DNA of 64,000 nucleotides from positions 1 through 64,000 of IMG/VR virus record IMGVR_UViG_3300048892_000198; one strand, 5' to 3'. The notes under the pieces are model-generated. The model was not told the origin of the DNA, did no database searches, and worked only from the letters and a program-made list of their open reading frames with translations. A program made the translations under genes and the position numbers. Positions 7,666 through 16,584 of this stretch are shown in pieces (position 1 is the first letter of the stretch; each line of letters starts with the position of its first letter). The stretch is from a virus.

Positions 7666-8843
7666 ACGGCTTTGCCGTCAACGGTCACTGAGGTCGCGTC
7701 CGTCACCACGATGGTGCGCGCCGTGTGCGTGACGGGGGGCGGCACCGGGACAGGTGGGGGCGGAGGGGGAGGCACGGGCACCGGAGTCGTGCCCTTCAGC
7801 GCCGCCAGCAGCTTGTCACCGATCGGCACGCCGTTGCCCGTGCAGCAATCATAACCAGGGCGCGCTACGAAGGTGCCGTTGTTGCCGCTCGTGATGTCGC
7901 GGTTCCAGCCCTTGACTGCGTAGAGCGAGGCATGGAGCTGGCCCACTGGTTTGCCGAGGGCCTGCGAGAGCACGGCTGCGAGCGCGGCCCACATGGGCGC
8001 GACGGCGCTCGTGCCGCCGATGACCATCTGCTGACCGTCCACGATGACGTTCCAGCCGGTCTCGGGATCGGCGCAGCCGGCAACATCGGGGACGCCGCGG
8101 CGGGTCGAGCCCGGCACGTTGGAGGCCTTCTGGTACGAGGGCAACGCAAAGATCGCGCTCGTGCCGCCGCCCGTCGCGCCGCCTTGGCTGCCGTCGTTCC
8201 AGACGTTCTCGGTGAGGGGGGAGGTCGAGGGTAGACTCGTTCCGCCGCAACCGAGCACGTAGGGGCTGCTCGCCGGGAAATCGACATGCTGTCCCGCTTC
8301 GCCGTCGCCCGATCCGTTGTCGCCGGCAGCGGCCGTCACGGTGATGCCCTTACTCGCCGCCGCCGCGAACGCATTCTCGAAGCTCGAGATGGCCGAGATC
8401 GTCCATTGATTTTCTGCCGCGCCCCAGGAGATCGAAATCGCGGTCATATTGTCTGCGATCGCTTGATTGATGGCGGCGAGGAATCCCGCATCCGTGTTGG
8501 GGGCCATGTAGCAGTGGAGCTCGGCGCCTGGAGCCATGCCGCCGATGACGCAGAGGTCGAGCATCACCTCGCCATCGGCACCGTTCGGGTCGCCGGGGGC
8601 ATTCGGGGCGCCGCTCACACTGTGGAAAACGACGGGCTTGACCGAGAGACCAAGCGACTGGAAATACTTGTCGAGATCGGCTTGCACGTAGCCTCCGCCG
8701 AGCTCGATGACGGCGACCTTCATGCCCGTCCCATCGAAGCCCTTCGGGAAGCCGTAGATCTGCGCGAGCTGCTTCGGCGTGTAGCTCACGCCAGCCGTAT
8801 TGTGTTTGAAGTGGCGATGCTTGATGTAGGAACGAAACGTCAT
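7662..8843 (-). CDS. Sedolisin/kumamolisin-like S53 peptidase, catalytic domain only
   Basis: GEVMLD (Glu/Asp), SISWG, AAAGDNG (oxyanion Asp), GGTSAVAP (Ser) and a GYDxxTGxG Ca-binding-like site; Pro-rich C-terminal tail; no pro-domain or signal peptide. Confidence 0.92.
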   Translation of the reverse strand: MTFRSYIKHRHFKHNTAGVSYTPKQLAQIYGFPKGFDGTGMKVAVIELGGGYVQADLDKYFQSLGLSVKPVVFHSVSGAPNAPGDPNGADGEVMLDLCVIGGMAPGAELHCYMAPNTDAGFLAAINQAIADNMTAISISWGAAENQWTISAISSFENAFAAAASKGITVTAAAGDNGSGDGEAGQHVDFPASSPYVLGCGGTSLPSTSPLTENVWNDGSQGGATGGGTSAIFALPSYQKASNVPGSTRRGVPDVAGCADPETGWNVIVDGQQMVIGGTSAVAPMWAALAAVLSQALGKPVGQLHASLYAVKGWNRDITSGNNGTFVARPGYDCCTGNGVPIGDKLLAALKGTTPVPVPPPPPPPVPVPPPVTHTARTIVVTDATSVTVDGKAV

Positions 8844-8920
8844 GTGCTTGCTCTCCGAATAAAGATCCCCCGCACCACCAAGTGTGCGGGGAGATCTAGC
8901 AGACTCGGAAAGCCGGAGCT

Positions 8921-9688
8921 TCAGTCTTCGTCGTCCTCGTCGTCATCTTCCGAATCGTCGTCGTCGTCCTCGCCGTCACCGCAACTCTCGCTGGCGGCGT
9001 TCATGAAGGCTTCGTTGAGCTTGCCGGACCCGCTCCCGTCCGCAAACTTACCGAGCTTGCTCTTCAGGAATTTCTCGGCCTTGTCGGTGTCTTCGTAGAA
9101 GTCGACCCAGTCACCGTCCCAGATCCCGACGCCTTCACCGCGGAGCGTCATCAGCACCAAGTAGGGGCCGTTGGCGTCCCAGAGATCTTCGGCGCCGGCG
9201 TCGTTTTCTGGAGGGTATTTCTCGACGAGCTCGGCGAGCGCCTTCTTCAGCGCTGCATCGTACTCACGGGCGACCTCGAAGACTTCTTCGTTAGGCTCGG
9301 CATCCTCCCAGTTATCGAGCTCCATGCTCTCGGCTGCCATCTCGCAGTAGGCCTTGAGTAGCACCGGATCATCGGCGAGACCGTGTGAGTCGGGGGGACG
9401 ACGCGCATTCGCAGTGAGCTTCCCGAGCCCGCGCCGCTGGAGAGCCGATCGGATTTGGCCTGCCGCTTCATCGAGCGGACCCGCACCTGCCGGGTAGCCC
9501 ACCTGGCGAGCCAACTCGGCCAAGGCAGAAGAGATCTGAGCGATACGCTGCGCAACCAGATCTTTGGAGGCGCCGGACTGCACCTCGTAGTCGAGCGCAC
9601 GCATCGAGCGCATGGCCGCGGCGCTCATCTCGCAGCGCGCTTCGTCACCAGAGTCCGTAGATCGATTCGGAACGCTCTTCTTCGGCAT
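8921..9688 (-). CDS. Two-domain phage protein with acidic C-terminus (anti-defence candidate)
   Basis: LMTLRGEGVGIWDGDW resembles the phage LTRNGHGAGFWD motif; poly-D/E tail; LTAN linker. Confidence 0.7.
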   Translation of the reverse strand: MPKKSVPNRSTDSGDEARCEMSAAAMRSMRALDYEVQSGASKDLVAQRIAQISSALAELARQVGYPAGAGPLDEAAGQIRSALQRRGLGKLTANARRPPDSHGLADDPVLLKAYCEMAAESMELDNWEDAEPNEEVFEVAREYDAALKKALAELVEKYPPENDAGAEDLWDANGPYLVLMTLRGEGVGIWDGDWVDFYEDTDKAEKFLKSKLGKFADGSGSGKLNEAFMNAASESCGDGEDDDDDSEDDDEDDED

Positions 9689-9708
9689 GGACTTTCTCCT
9701 ACGTCACA

Positions 9709-10329
9709 CTATCTGGAACGCTTCCCTTTGGGCAAGAGCACCCAGGCCCCCGCTCCGAGCACAACCGCTGATCCCAAGATCCAGGGCAGGGCCGAATCGC
9801 TCTCCGCTGACGCGATCAACGGCTCGATCGAATAGAACGCCGCCACGTGCGAAAACTCGGTCTCGCTCGCGCTGACGGCGCCCGCGGTCCCGTTGCCGTT
9901 GACGAGACCGATCGTGCCGTCGTAGCTCACGTCCGTCACGACCGCCTGGTGCTGATTGTTCGTGAAGTAAGCGATGTCGCCGGGCTGGGGGGTTTCGGTC
10001 GTCGGGAGGTGATCGAGGAAGCCCTGACCGATCACCCAGTTGAGGTCGCGCGCGAGCCCCGCCTGGTGCAGCGACCACAGCGCGAACGCTCCGCACCAAT
10101 CCGGCGGGTAGCCCGAGGGCGGAGTGCCCGGGAGCACGTCGGCCCAGTAGGGGTCGGCATTCGAGCGGCCGAGCTGGCTCTGGGCGGCCCGCACGACGCG
10201 CGCGCGCGGCGGGACGGGCCAGAGCGCGTAGGCGCCGACGGCGAGCCCCGCTGCCCCAAGGCCTGCCAAAGCCCAGCCTTGGGGCGTCTGGGGCAGGAGG
10301 CGCCTAGCGGGGGCAGAGAGCAGGAGCAC
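9709..10329 (-). CDS. CHAP/NlpC-P60-like peptidoglycan hydrolase flanked by TM helices
   Basis: DWCGAFALW, PQPGDIAYF, HQAVV, VNGN; TM helices at both ends. Start uncertain: GTG 10329 chosen because the upstream ATG collides with the divergent gene. Confidence 0.85.
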   Translation of the reverse strand: MLLLSAPARRLLPQTPQGWALAGLGAAGLAVGAYALWPVPPRARVVRAAQSQLGRSNADPYWADVLPGTPPSGYPPDWCGAFALWSLHQAGLARDLNWVIGQGFLDHLPTTETPQPGDIAYFTNNQHQAVVTDVSYDGTIGLVNGNGTAGAVSASETEFSHVAAFYSIEPLIASAESDSALPWILGSAVVLGAGAWVLLPKGKRSR

Positions 10330-10414
10330 GCCCCGAAAAGTAGCATCCTCCGGAGGGGACTGATAGTTTTCGAAGGGAAGAAAGGCGCCCTGGGCGCCGT
10401 AGGACCCAGAGAGC

Positions 10415-11881
10415 ATGCCGCGATCAGCCAAAAAACTCTGGAAACTCAATACCCGCACTGGCTATTGGGACTATCAGCGCAGCGTGACCGACGAAACGGC
10501 CGCGGAGTGGCTGGCTTTATTCCGCGAGGGCGAGCCCGATGCAGAATTCAAGGTCAGTACGAACCGCCCGACGCCTCCAGCTCTCACCCCAAACCGTGCC
10601 CTCACCCGGCACAAGCTCGAGACCATCGCCTGGGAGAAAACACCCAGGGACTACCGGGGATCTTCTGGCACGCGTCGCGAAGTGCTCATTAACACCACCG
10701 AGGGCACGACGCTCGTGCCGCTCGGCGATCTCACGGACTACCAGCTTCGGCGGTACATCGGGCCAGAGGCCCTGGAAGAGGCGGGCGACATGCGAGCAAA
10801 TGGCAAAGGGCGCTACTCGGATACCGTTGCGCAGCCAGGCGACTGGGTCATTTGGCGCCACGGCACGAGTGGCAAATACTACTTCGACCTCGTTCGCTCG
10901 GGTGGCACTCACAGCACAGCGGTCGGCAAGCCCGCGCAGACCCTTCCCGGCGCCATCAGCGATGTCCGCAAGAACGCGCTTCGCAGCAACGATCTCAGCG
11001 GCACCATCTTCGAGTTACGACGATCCGGTGACCTCGTGGAGATCGGCAAAGTCTTCGAGTCCCAGGATCGTCTCAACCAGAACCCTTCCCGACGCCATGT
11101 GATCCCGGCGCCGAGGTTCGAGTTGGGTGACCGCGTCACTCGCATCGACGAGCCAACCAATGTCGGCACCGTTGGTTACACTACCCGCACCTGGCATGGC
11201 GAGGAATACGGCCGATACCACTACAAAGTCGACTGGGACAACGGCGCGCCGCGGCACACTCAATGGGAAACGAAACTCATGCCATACGCTGGGGGACCCG
11301 AGTCGCATCAGCGCAACGCCGCCCGCGGCGAGGCCGACGAAGTCGCCGCCCGCGAGCTCAGCCTCTACATCGAAAACGAGTACTCGCTCGTCGGCGCCCC
11401 CAATTCTCAGGGCAAGGCGATCGAGAAAAATCTCGAAGGCCACCTACGTCGCGGCAACTTCGATCTCAAGAAGGCCGAGATCGCGTACATGCACCTGATG
11501 GAATCGGGGGCCAAGAAGTACGCGAAGGAATTCGCGAGCGAGCGCGACTGGCACCAGATCTTTTCCGTGCCCACCCGTGAGCTCGTGGCTCACGAGTTCG
11601 CGACGACGTTCGCGGAGGAGCACGGGATCAAGGGCTCCCTCACCCGGAACGCTCACATCGAGACCGATGAATTCGATGCCCCTGCCTACTGGGCGAGCGC
11701 CTTCATCAACGGCGACACGTCCGGCCTCGAAGAGAAAGAACTCGAAGAGTTCGAGGCCTGGTGCGCTAAGCACCCTCAGTTCTATGTTGTCGATGTGAGC
11801 GAAGAGACGCACATCGGTCGCTGGAACGGTCTCCAAACAGAATTGGCTACGTATACCGCCTACGTACAAGAAGGATCCTGA
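10415..11881 (+). CDS. Multidomain polyvalent-type phage protein, 488 aa
   Basis: About six small domains, including an SH3/KOW-like FELGDRV...YKVDWD, ARELSLYIENE and PAYWASAFINGDTSGL, separated by LTPN, MRAN, LNQN, HQRN and LTRN. Confidence 0.8.
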   Translation: MPRSAKKLWKLNTRTGYWDYQRSVTDETAAEWLALFREGEPDAEFKVSTNRPTPPALTPNRALTRHKLETIAWEKTPRDYRGSSGTRREVLINTTEGTTLVPLGDLTDYQLRRYIGPEALEEAGDMRANGKGRYSDTVAQPGDWVIWRHGTSGKYYFDLVRSGGTHSTAVGKPAQTLPGAISDVRKNALRSNDLSGTIFELRRSGDLVEIGKVFESQDRLNQNPSRRHVIPAPRFELGDRVTRIDEPTNVGTVGYTTRTWHGEEYGRYHYKVDWDNGAPRHTQWETKLMPYAGGPESHQRNAARGEADEVAARELSLYIENEYSLVGAPNSQGKAIEKNLEGHLRRGNFDLKKAEIAYMHLMESGAKKYAKEFASERDWHQIFSVPTRELVAHEFATTFAEEHGIKGSLTRNAHIETDEFDAPAYWASAFINGDTSGLEEKELEEFEAWCAKHPQFYVVDVSEETHIGRWNGLQTELATYTAYVQEGS

Positions 11882-11883
11882 TC

Positions 11884-12300
11884 ATGGCCGCTCGACGCAA
11901 AGCAAAACCCGCTGGACCGAAGAAGATCACCGAAGAGGACGTGAAGGCCGCAGTCGACGTGATCAGCTCTGAATACTGGCAAGAAGTGCGCGAGTGCGCC
12001 CAGGACTTCATCGAGCGCTTCAACAAAGGCGAGTTCAGGGACGAGGAAGACTACCGAGAGCAACTCGAGCAGTACGTCGATGGGTCACAGCGCGTGATCT
12101 ATACCTACTGGGCGCGCCTTGGGCTACTCGCCACCAACTCTGCAGAGGCTTACGAGGAAGAGACCGGTGAGGTTCCGGCGGGTGACTCAGCTGGGATCTC
12201 CAGGCAGATGTACTTCGCCTTCCGGCAAGACATCCTGAACAACATCGGTTCGGACATCGACTTCGACGAAGGCGGCCCCAAGCACCGTCGCCGCATATAA
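11884..12300 (+). CDS. Ocr-like (T7 gp0.3-like) acidic DNA-mimic candidate with basic termini
   Basis: Acidic helical core EFRDEEDYREQLEQYVDGSQRVIYTY resembles the Ocr DxLHxxxDxxVxxYY segment; N-terminal MAARRKAK and C-terminal KHRRRI. Confidence 0.6.
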   Translation: MAARRKAKPAGPKKITEEDVKAAVDVISSEYWQEVRECAQDFIERFNKGEFRDEEDYREQLEQYVDGSQRVIYTYWARLGLLATNSAEAYEEETGEVPAGDSAGISRQMYFAFRQDILNNIGSDIDFDEGGPKHRRRI

Positions 12301-12368
12301 AATCTTGGTAATGGGTCATTTTGAGTTATCCCTAGAAAACGGCTGCGAATCGCGCGATTCCGTTCTGG

Positions 12369-12653
12369 ATGAAGCGCAAAATCGAGCTCGTGCAGATCGA
12401 GGTCACGACGATCCGGGCGTACGCCCGCGACGCGATCAGCGGCGCCCACACGCAAGCCGAACGCCTGGCCGACGTGGCCCGGTCGCTGACCAGCACGCTC
12501 GACTTCTACAGCGACGCGGACGAGATTCGCGCACGAGCCTCGGTGCTGCGCAGCGCGGCCATGCATGCGGCGGCTATCGCGTCCGAGTTGCTGGCTGCGG
12601 GCGCCGCCCTGGAACAGATCTCGGCCTTCCTGGCGTCAGTGCCGCAGGACTAG
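12369..12653 (+). CDS. IS passenger, helical hypothetical protein
   Basis: 94-aa ORF inside the IS ends. Confidence 0.55.
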   Translation: MKRKIELVQIEVTTIRAYARDAISGAHTQAERLADVARSLTSTLDFYSDADEIRARASVLRSAAMHAAAIASELLAAGAALEQISAFLASVPQD

Positions 12654-12686
12654 GCACCGGCGCCCTGGCCCCGCTAGCCTGGTCAG

Positions 12687-12980
12687 ATGCCGTTAGTGCA
12701 GATCCCGGGAGTTCAGCAGCTGGTTATCCAGTGCGTGAACCAATACCTACCGAATCATCAGGCCGCGCTCGCCGTCGGTGGCCAACAGTCCACCATGCAC
12801 GTCTCCCCGCGTTGGTATGCCGTAACGAACGTGGAGCCTCCGACGGCGAACTTTGCGGCGCAGTTCAACCCTCACGCTGGCATCCCCGTCAGATGCTATC
12901 TGTGTCGGATTTGCGGGTACATGGAGATGTACTCGGGAGCTATTGCCTCTCCCCAGGTCTGGGGTCCCGGAAATGGATAG
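12687..12980 (+). CDS. IS passenger, zinc-ribbon protein
   Basis: CVN...CRICGYMEMY. Confidence 0.6.
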   Translation: MPLVQIPGVQQLVIQCVNQYLPNHQAALAVGGQQSTMHVSPRWYAVTNVEPPTANFAAQFNPHAGIPVRCYLCRICGYMEMYSGAIASPQVWGPGNG

Positions 12981-13386
12981 CACTGCACCCAAGCAAGACG
13001 CAGCCCCGGGTGATTTCGGAACTGGCCCTGGCGATGATGAGCCGCTCTACGCCATCGTTTCCGCTTCCCAACTTACAGGGGAACAATTGGAAACGATAGT
13101 GGATGTGCTCGTCGAAAACTCGCCTAGACGAGTGGACTGGAACTCCCTCGTTTTGGGCCTTGTTTCAGCTGGAACAACAGCAGCAAGCGTGATCTCTAAA
13201 TCGCAACTGACGGTTTGGGATGGCGTTGCGCTTGCAGTGGTTGGCTGCTCTTCAGCAGTGCTGATCTTTCATTCATTCAGAAAAACCCGCTGTGATGCTC
13301 ATCCGCACTATGAACGGGCACTTCGGCATGCGCGTGCACATGCCGAGGCTGAAAAGAGAAGAGAACTTCGACAGTGGCAGCGCTAG
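12973..13386 (+). CDS. IS passenger, two-TM membrane protein
   Basis: Two hydrophobic helices; lower GC than the flanks. Confidence 0.6.
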   Translation: MDSTAPKQDAAPGDFGTGPGDDEPLYAIVSASQLTGEQLETIVDVLVENSPRRVDWNSLVLGLVSAGTTAASVISKSQLTVWDGVALAVVGCSSAVLIFHSFRKTRCDAHPHYERALRHARAHAEAEKRRELRQWQR

Positions 13387-13425
13387 CCTGTTCCGACATT
13401 GAGCGCTGTGGTACCTTCGGCGCCA

Positions 13426-13626
13426 ATGGCCGCTCGCAAGTCGCTCGACTTCAACCAAATCGCGCATCGAGTTGTCTCTCAGGCTACGGGGGGAACACCG
13501 CCAACCTCCCTCGAATCAGCTGCAAAAAAGAAGGTCGTCAAGAAGCGAAAGGCTCAGGCCAAGAAGGCTTCTGCACGGAAAATCGCGGCCAAGGCGCCTG
13601 CGAAGAAGGCCCGACAGGCCTCATAG
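13426..13626 (+). CDS. Small basic protein of the kind found beside IS1-family transposases
   Basis: DFNQIAHRVVSQATG plus a Lys/Ala-rich tail. Confidence 0.55.
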   Translation: MAARKSLDFNQIAHRVVSQATGGTPPTSLESAAKKKVVKKRKAQAKKASARKIAAKAPAKKARQAS

Positions 13627-13700
13627 ATCTCGCCCTCCGCGGGACATTCTATGTCCGTCCGTTGCGGAAGGAACTGAGCTAGGCGAGCATAAGATCGGGC

Positions 13701-14600
13701 GTGAATCGGCTCGATAGCAAGCGCAGGCAGCAAGTGATTGCTGCGATAGTCGAAGGGTGCAGCGTGCGCTCCACGTGCCGCATGACGGGCGTCGCCAAGG
13801 GCACCGTGCTCCGCCTGATCGCCGAGTTGGGCCAAGCGTGTGACGAGTACCAGGACCGCGCGCTGCGTAACCTCCCGTGTAAGCGGGTGCAGTGCGACGA
13901 GATCTGGTCGTTCTGCTACGCCAAAGAAAAGAACGTCCCCGAGCGCATGAAGGACATGCCGGGCGTCGGGTCCGTTTGGACCTGGACTGCGATTGACGCC
14001 GATTCGAAGCTCGCGATTAGCTGGTACGTGGGCAACCGCGACCAGGACGCCGCGGTGAAGTTCATGCTGGACGTGGCGAGCCGCATGGAAGGCCGAATCC
14101 AACTCACGACCGATGCCTGGAAGCCGTACCGTTGGGCCACGACGCTCGCGTTCGACGGCGAAGTTGACTACGCGCAGCTGATCAAGATCTACGCGGGAAT
14201 GCCGCACAGCGACGCGGGTGGGAAGTACAGCCAACCGGAGTGCGTCGGCTCGAAGATCGACGTGCGGCACGGCAACCCAGATCTCGACCACGTTTCCACG
14301 TCGTACGTGGAGCGCGCGAACCTGACGATGCGCATGGGCATGCGGCGCTTCACGCGGCTGACCAACGGGTTTTCGAAGAAGATCGAGAACCATGAGCACG
14401 CGATCGCGCTGCACTTCATGCACTACAATTTCTGCCGCAAGCACGAGACGCTGAAGATGACGCCGGCCATGGCCGCGGGCGTGGCCGACCACATCTGGAC
14501 GCTGGCTGAGCTGGTCGCGCTGGTCCCGGACCGCCCGGCAGCTGCCTGGGGCTCGAAGAAAGTCGGCCGCGCGACCGGCGACGGCGAGAACTCAAATTGA
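13701..14600 (+). CDS. IS1-family DDE transposase, single ORF with N-terminal HTH
   Basis: HTH EGCSVRSTCRMTGVAKGTV; QCDEIWSF, LTTD, STSYVERANLTMRMGMRRFTRLTNGFSKK. Confidence 0.93.
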   Translation: MNRLDSKRRQQVIAAIVEGCSVRSTCRMTGVAKGTVLRLIAELGQACDEYQDRALRNLPCKRVQCDEIWSFCYAKEKNVPERMKDMPGVGSVWTWTAIDADSKLAISWYVGNRDQDAAVKFMLDVASRMEGRIQLTTDAWKPYRWATTLAFDGEVDYAQLIKIYAGMPHSDAGGKYSQPECVGSKIDVRHGNPDLDHVSTSYVERANLTMRMGMRRFTRLTNGFSKKIENHEHAIALHFMHYNFCRKHETLKMTPAMAAGVADHIWTLAELVALVPDRPAAAWGSKKVGRATGDGENSN

Positions 14601-14616
14601 CCCAGTACCAAAATCT

Positions 14617-14979
14617 TCAGCGAAAGATCCCGCTCACCGGCGCCGCAATCTGAGCGGGCGGCGCCGGGATCGTCGGGGCTAGGTTCCGCTGGCTCCGCAC
14701 GCGTGCGCCGGCATCGACGCCGCCGATCTCAGCGAGTAAATCGCAGAGCTCGTTGATGTTCGATTCGCCGGGTACGCGACGGAGGAGCGCGTGACCCATG
14801 CCGTGCTCGAGGGAGGCGACGGCGATTTTGGCGACCGTGAAGAAGAGCGCGGCCTTCACGGGCGAGACGCCGACGACGCCCGCCACGAAGCCCAGGCCGA
14901 AATGGAGCGGCGTGTAGAAGTCGACCGCCGCTTGCCCGTACTCCGAGCGATTCCGAGCGATGAGGCGCGCGCGCGGCAT
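14617..14979 (-). CDS. Hydrophobic membrane protein
   Basis: VDFYTPLHFGLGFVAG...ES.INELCDL pattern. Confidence 0.65.
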   Translation of the reverse strand: MPRARLIARNRSEYGQAAVDFYTPLHFGLGFVAGVVGVSPVKAALFFTVAKIAVASLEHGMGHALLRRVPGESNINELCDLLAEIGGVDAGARVRSQRNLAPTIPAPPAQIAAPVSGIFR

Positions 14980-14982
14980 GGG

Positions 14983-15690
14983 TCAGTCGACGTTGATGAT
15001 CGATACCTGGTAGCGATGGAGCGACTGCGTCGCCGCGGCGCCCCCGACGAGCAGCACATGCTGGAACGTCTGTCCATTGGCCAACGCCGATTGGAAAATT
15101 TGCACGAGCAGGGCCTGCCTGCCCGATCCTGCCGATGCAACGTCCACGAGCGACTGCTGCAGCGTGGCCGTGCCGATGAGCGCACCATTGATGGTGCAGT
15201 CCATATTTATGTCGTTGCCAGCTATCGTGAGCGTGCCGAGCGACAGCTGCGCCATGATCAGGAAGTTTTTCCCCGATGGCCCGTTGTAGGTGATGACGCC
15301 GGTCGTCGTGTTGACCGTAAAAAACGGGTTAATACTGATGTTGGCGTACCCATTCGCGACGGCCGGGAGCGTCTGCCAGACTCCGGAGGAAGTGAAGTTA
15401 CTACCCACGCCATTAGCGGTCAGCTGGATCAGCGTCGAGTAAGCGCCCGCGGCAGCTTGCTTGATCCAGCAGCCACCGCCGGCGAGCGGCACGATGAAGG
15501 CATTGGTACCGACGATGTTGCTTTGCGTGGATCCCGAGTCATAGCGGTACGCGGCGCCCGCTGCGAGGCAGAAGCACTCAGCTCCGGGCCCGAGCGCCGC
15601 CACATCCAGACTCTCAACCGAATTGGAGGTGCCATTGGTGGCACCCACGACGAGTGAGCAGAAGGACCCAGCAGAGCGCTTGTTACCCAT
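14983..15690 (-). CDS. Putative virion spike or receptor-binding protein (beta-rich, C1q/BclA-like C-terminus)
   Basis: N-terminal module SLDVAALGPGAECFC...YRY resembles 34855 and 35408; beta-rich C-terminus; shared promoter motif upstream. Confidence 0.6.
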   Translation of the reverse strand: MGNKRSAGSFCSLVVGATNGTSNSVESLDVAALGPGAECFCLAAGAAYRYDSGSTQSNIVGTNAFIVPLAGGGCWIKQAAAGAYSTLIQLTANGVGSNFTSSGVWQTLPAVANGYANISINPFFTVNTTTGVITYNGPSGKNFLIMAQLSLGTLTIAGNDINMDCTINGALIGTATLQQSLVDVASAGSGRQALLVQIFQSALANGQTFQHVLLVGGAAATQSLHRYQVSIINVD

Positions 15691-15699
15691 GGGGCAGCA

Positions 15700-15734
15700 A
15701 TCCTACCCGCCCCAGCACTCCCGCCGCAACTTTT
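15700..15734 (-). promoter_or_regulatory. Shared promoter motif, copy upstream of the spike-like gene
   Basis: - strand AAAAG-TTGCGG-N18-TAGGAT, with CGGG before the -10. Confidence 0.7.
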
Positions 15735-15750
15735 TGCCTTTGAGCAAAGA

Positions 15751-16584
15751 TCAGCCCTTGGAAAGCCAGAGCATCCGGTGGTCACCGGTATCGGCCTGGG
15801 CCGCCTCCTGCCGTGAAATAGGGCGCACGACGCCGTCGGTGCCGATCGTGCGAATGGTGAGGCCAAACCCCTCGATCTGCGCCAGCACGTTGTCCGGGTC
15901 GGCGTGGTCGCAGGGCGTAAACTCCATGGCGATGGCGAGCTTCGGGTTTCGTCTGATGGTCTCCCGCATCCCGAAGAGCACGTCGTACTCGAGCCCCTGC
16001 ACGTCGATCTTCACGAAGTCGATCGGCGAGCATTCCTGAAACCCAAACCCCTCGGAGTCGAGTGACACCATGGGGCACTCCTCCGGATGCTCCTCGGCAT
16101 ATTTCCCGGGGCGCGCCGAGGCGCTCCCGCGGTGCTCTTTGTACAGATAGAGCGGAGCGCTTCCATGGTGCGCCCCAACGATGTTCGTGGAGATCTGCGC
16201 TTGATGCATCCCGTTGACGGTGATCGTCTTCTGCAAGAGCTTCGCGAGCCCGACCTGCGGCTCGTACGCCTGCACGAATCCCTTGTCCCCCACGAGATCT
16301 GCCAGGAGCGCCGTGTAGTAGCCGCAGTTAGCGCCCACGTCGATGCAGCGCATCCCGGGCTTGACGTAGCTCACGACGGCTTGCGTGACCCACATCTCCC
16401 AGAATCCGTTCATGAGCATGTGCGGCGTCAGCGACAGATCGCGCGTATCGACGTACATGAGGTAATTGCCGAGCACGCGTGCGAGCGCGGTGTGATCGCC
16501 GAGGTAGCATTGCTGGGTCTGCTGCCGGCACCACTTCTCGATCGCCGTACGACTCTCCACCCCACACAATTCCCTGATTTTCAT
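15751..16584 (-). CDS. FkbM-family SAM-dependent methyltransferase
   Basis: IDVGANCGYYT, AYEP, IDFVKIDVQGLE, IAMEF. Confidence 0.93.
   Translation of the reverse strand: MKIRELCGVESRTAIEKWCRQQTQQCYLGDHTALARVLGNYLMYVDTRDLSLTPHMLMNGFWEMWVTQAVVSYVKPGMRCIDVGANCGYYTALLADLVGDKGFVQAYEPQVGLAKLLQKTITVNGMHQAQISTNIVGAHHGSAPLYLYKEHRGSASARPGKYAEEHPEECPMVSLDSEGFGFQECSPIDFVKIDVQGLEYDVLFGMRETIRRNPKLAIAMEFTPCDHADPDNVLAQIEGFGLTIRTIGTDGVVRPISRQEAAQADTGDHRMLWLSKG

Larger units (their letters stand above)
12307..14609 (+). mobile_element. IS1-family element with passenger genes (transporter IS), 2303 bp
   Basis: IRL GGTAATGGGTCATTTTGAGTT (12307-12327) and IRR reverse complement GGTACTGGGTCAATTTGAGTT (14589-14609), 19/21 identical; 8-bp direct repeat AAAATCTT at 12299-12306 and 14610-14617. 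Confidence 0.93.
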
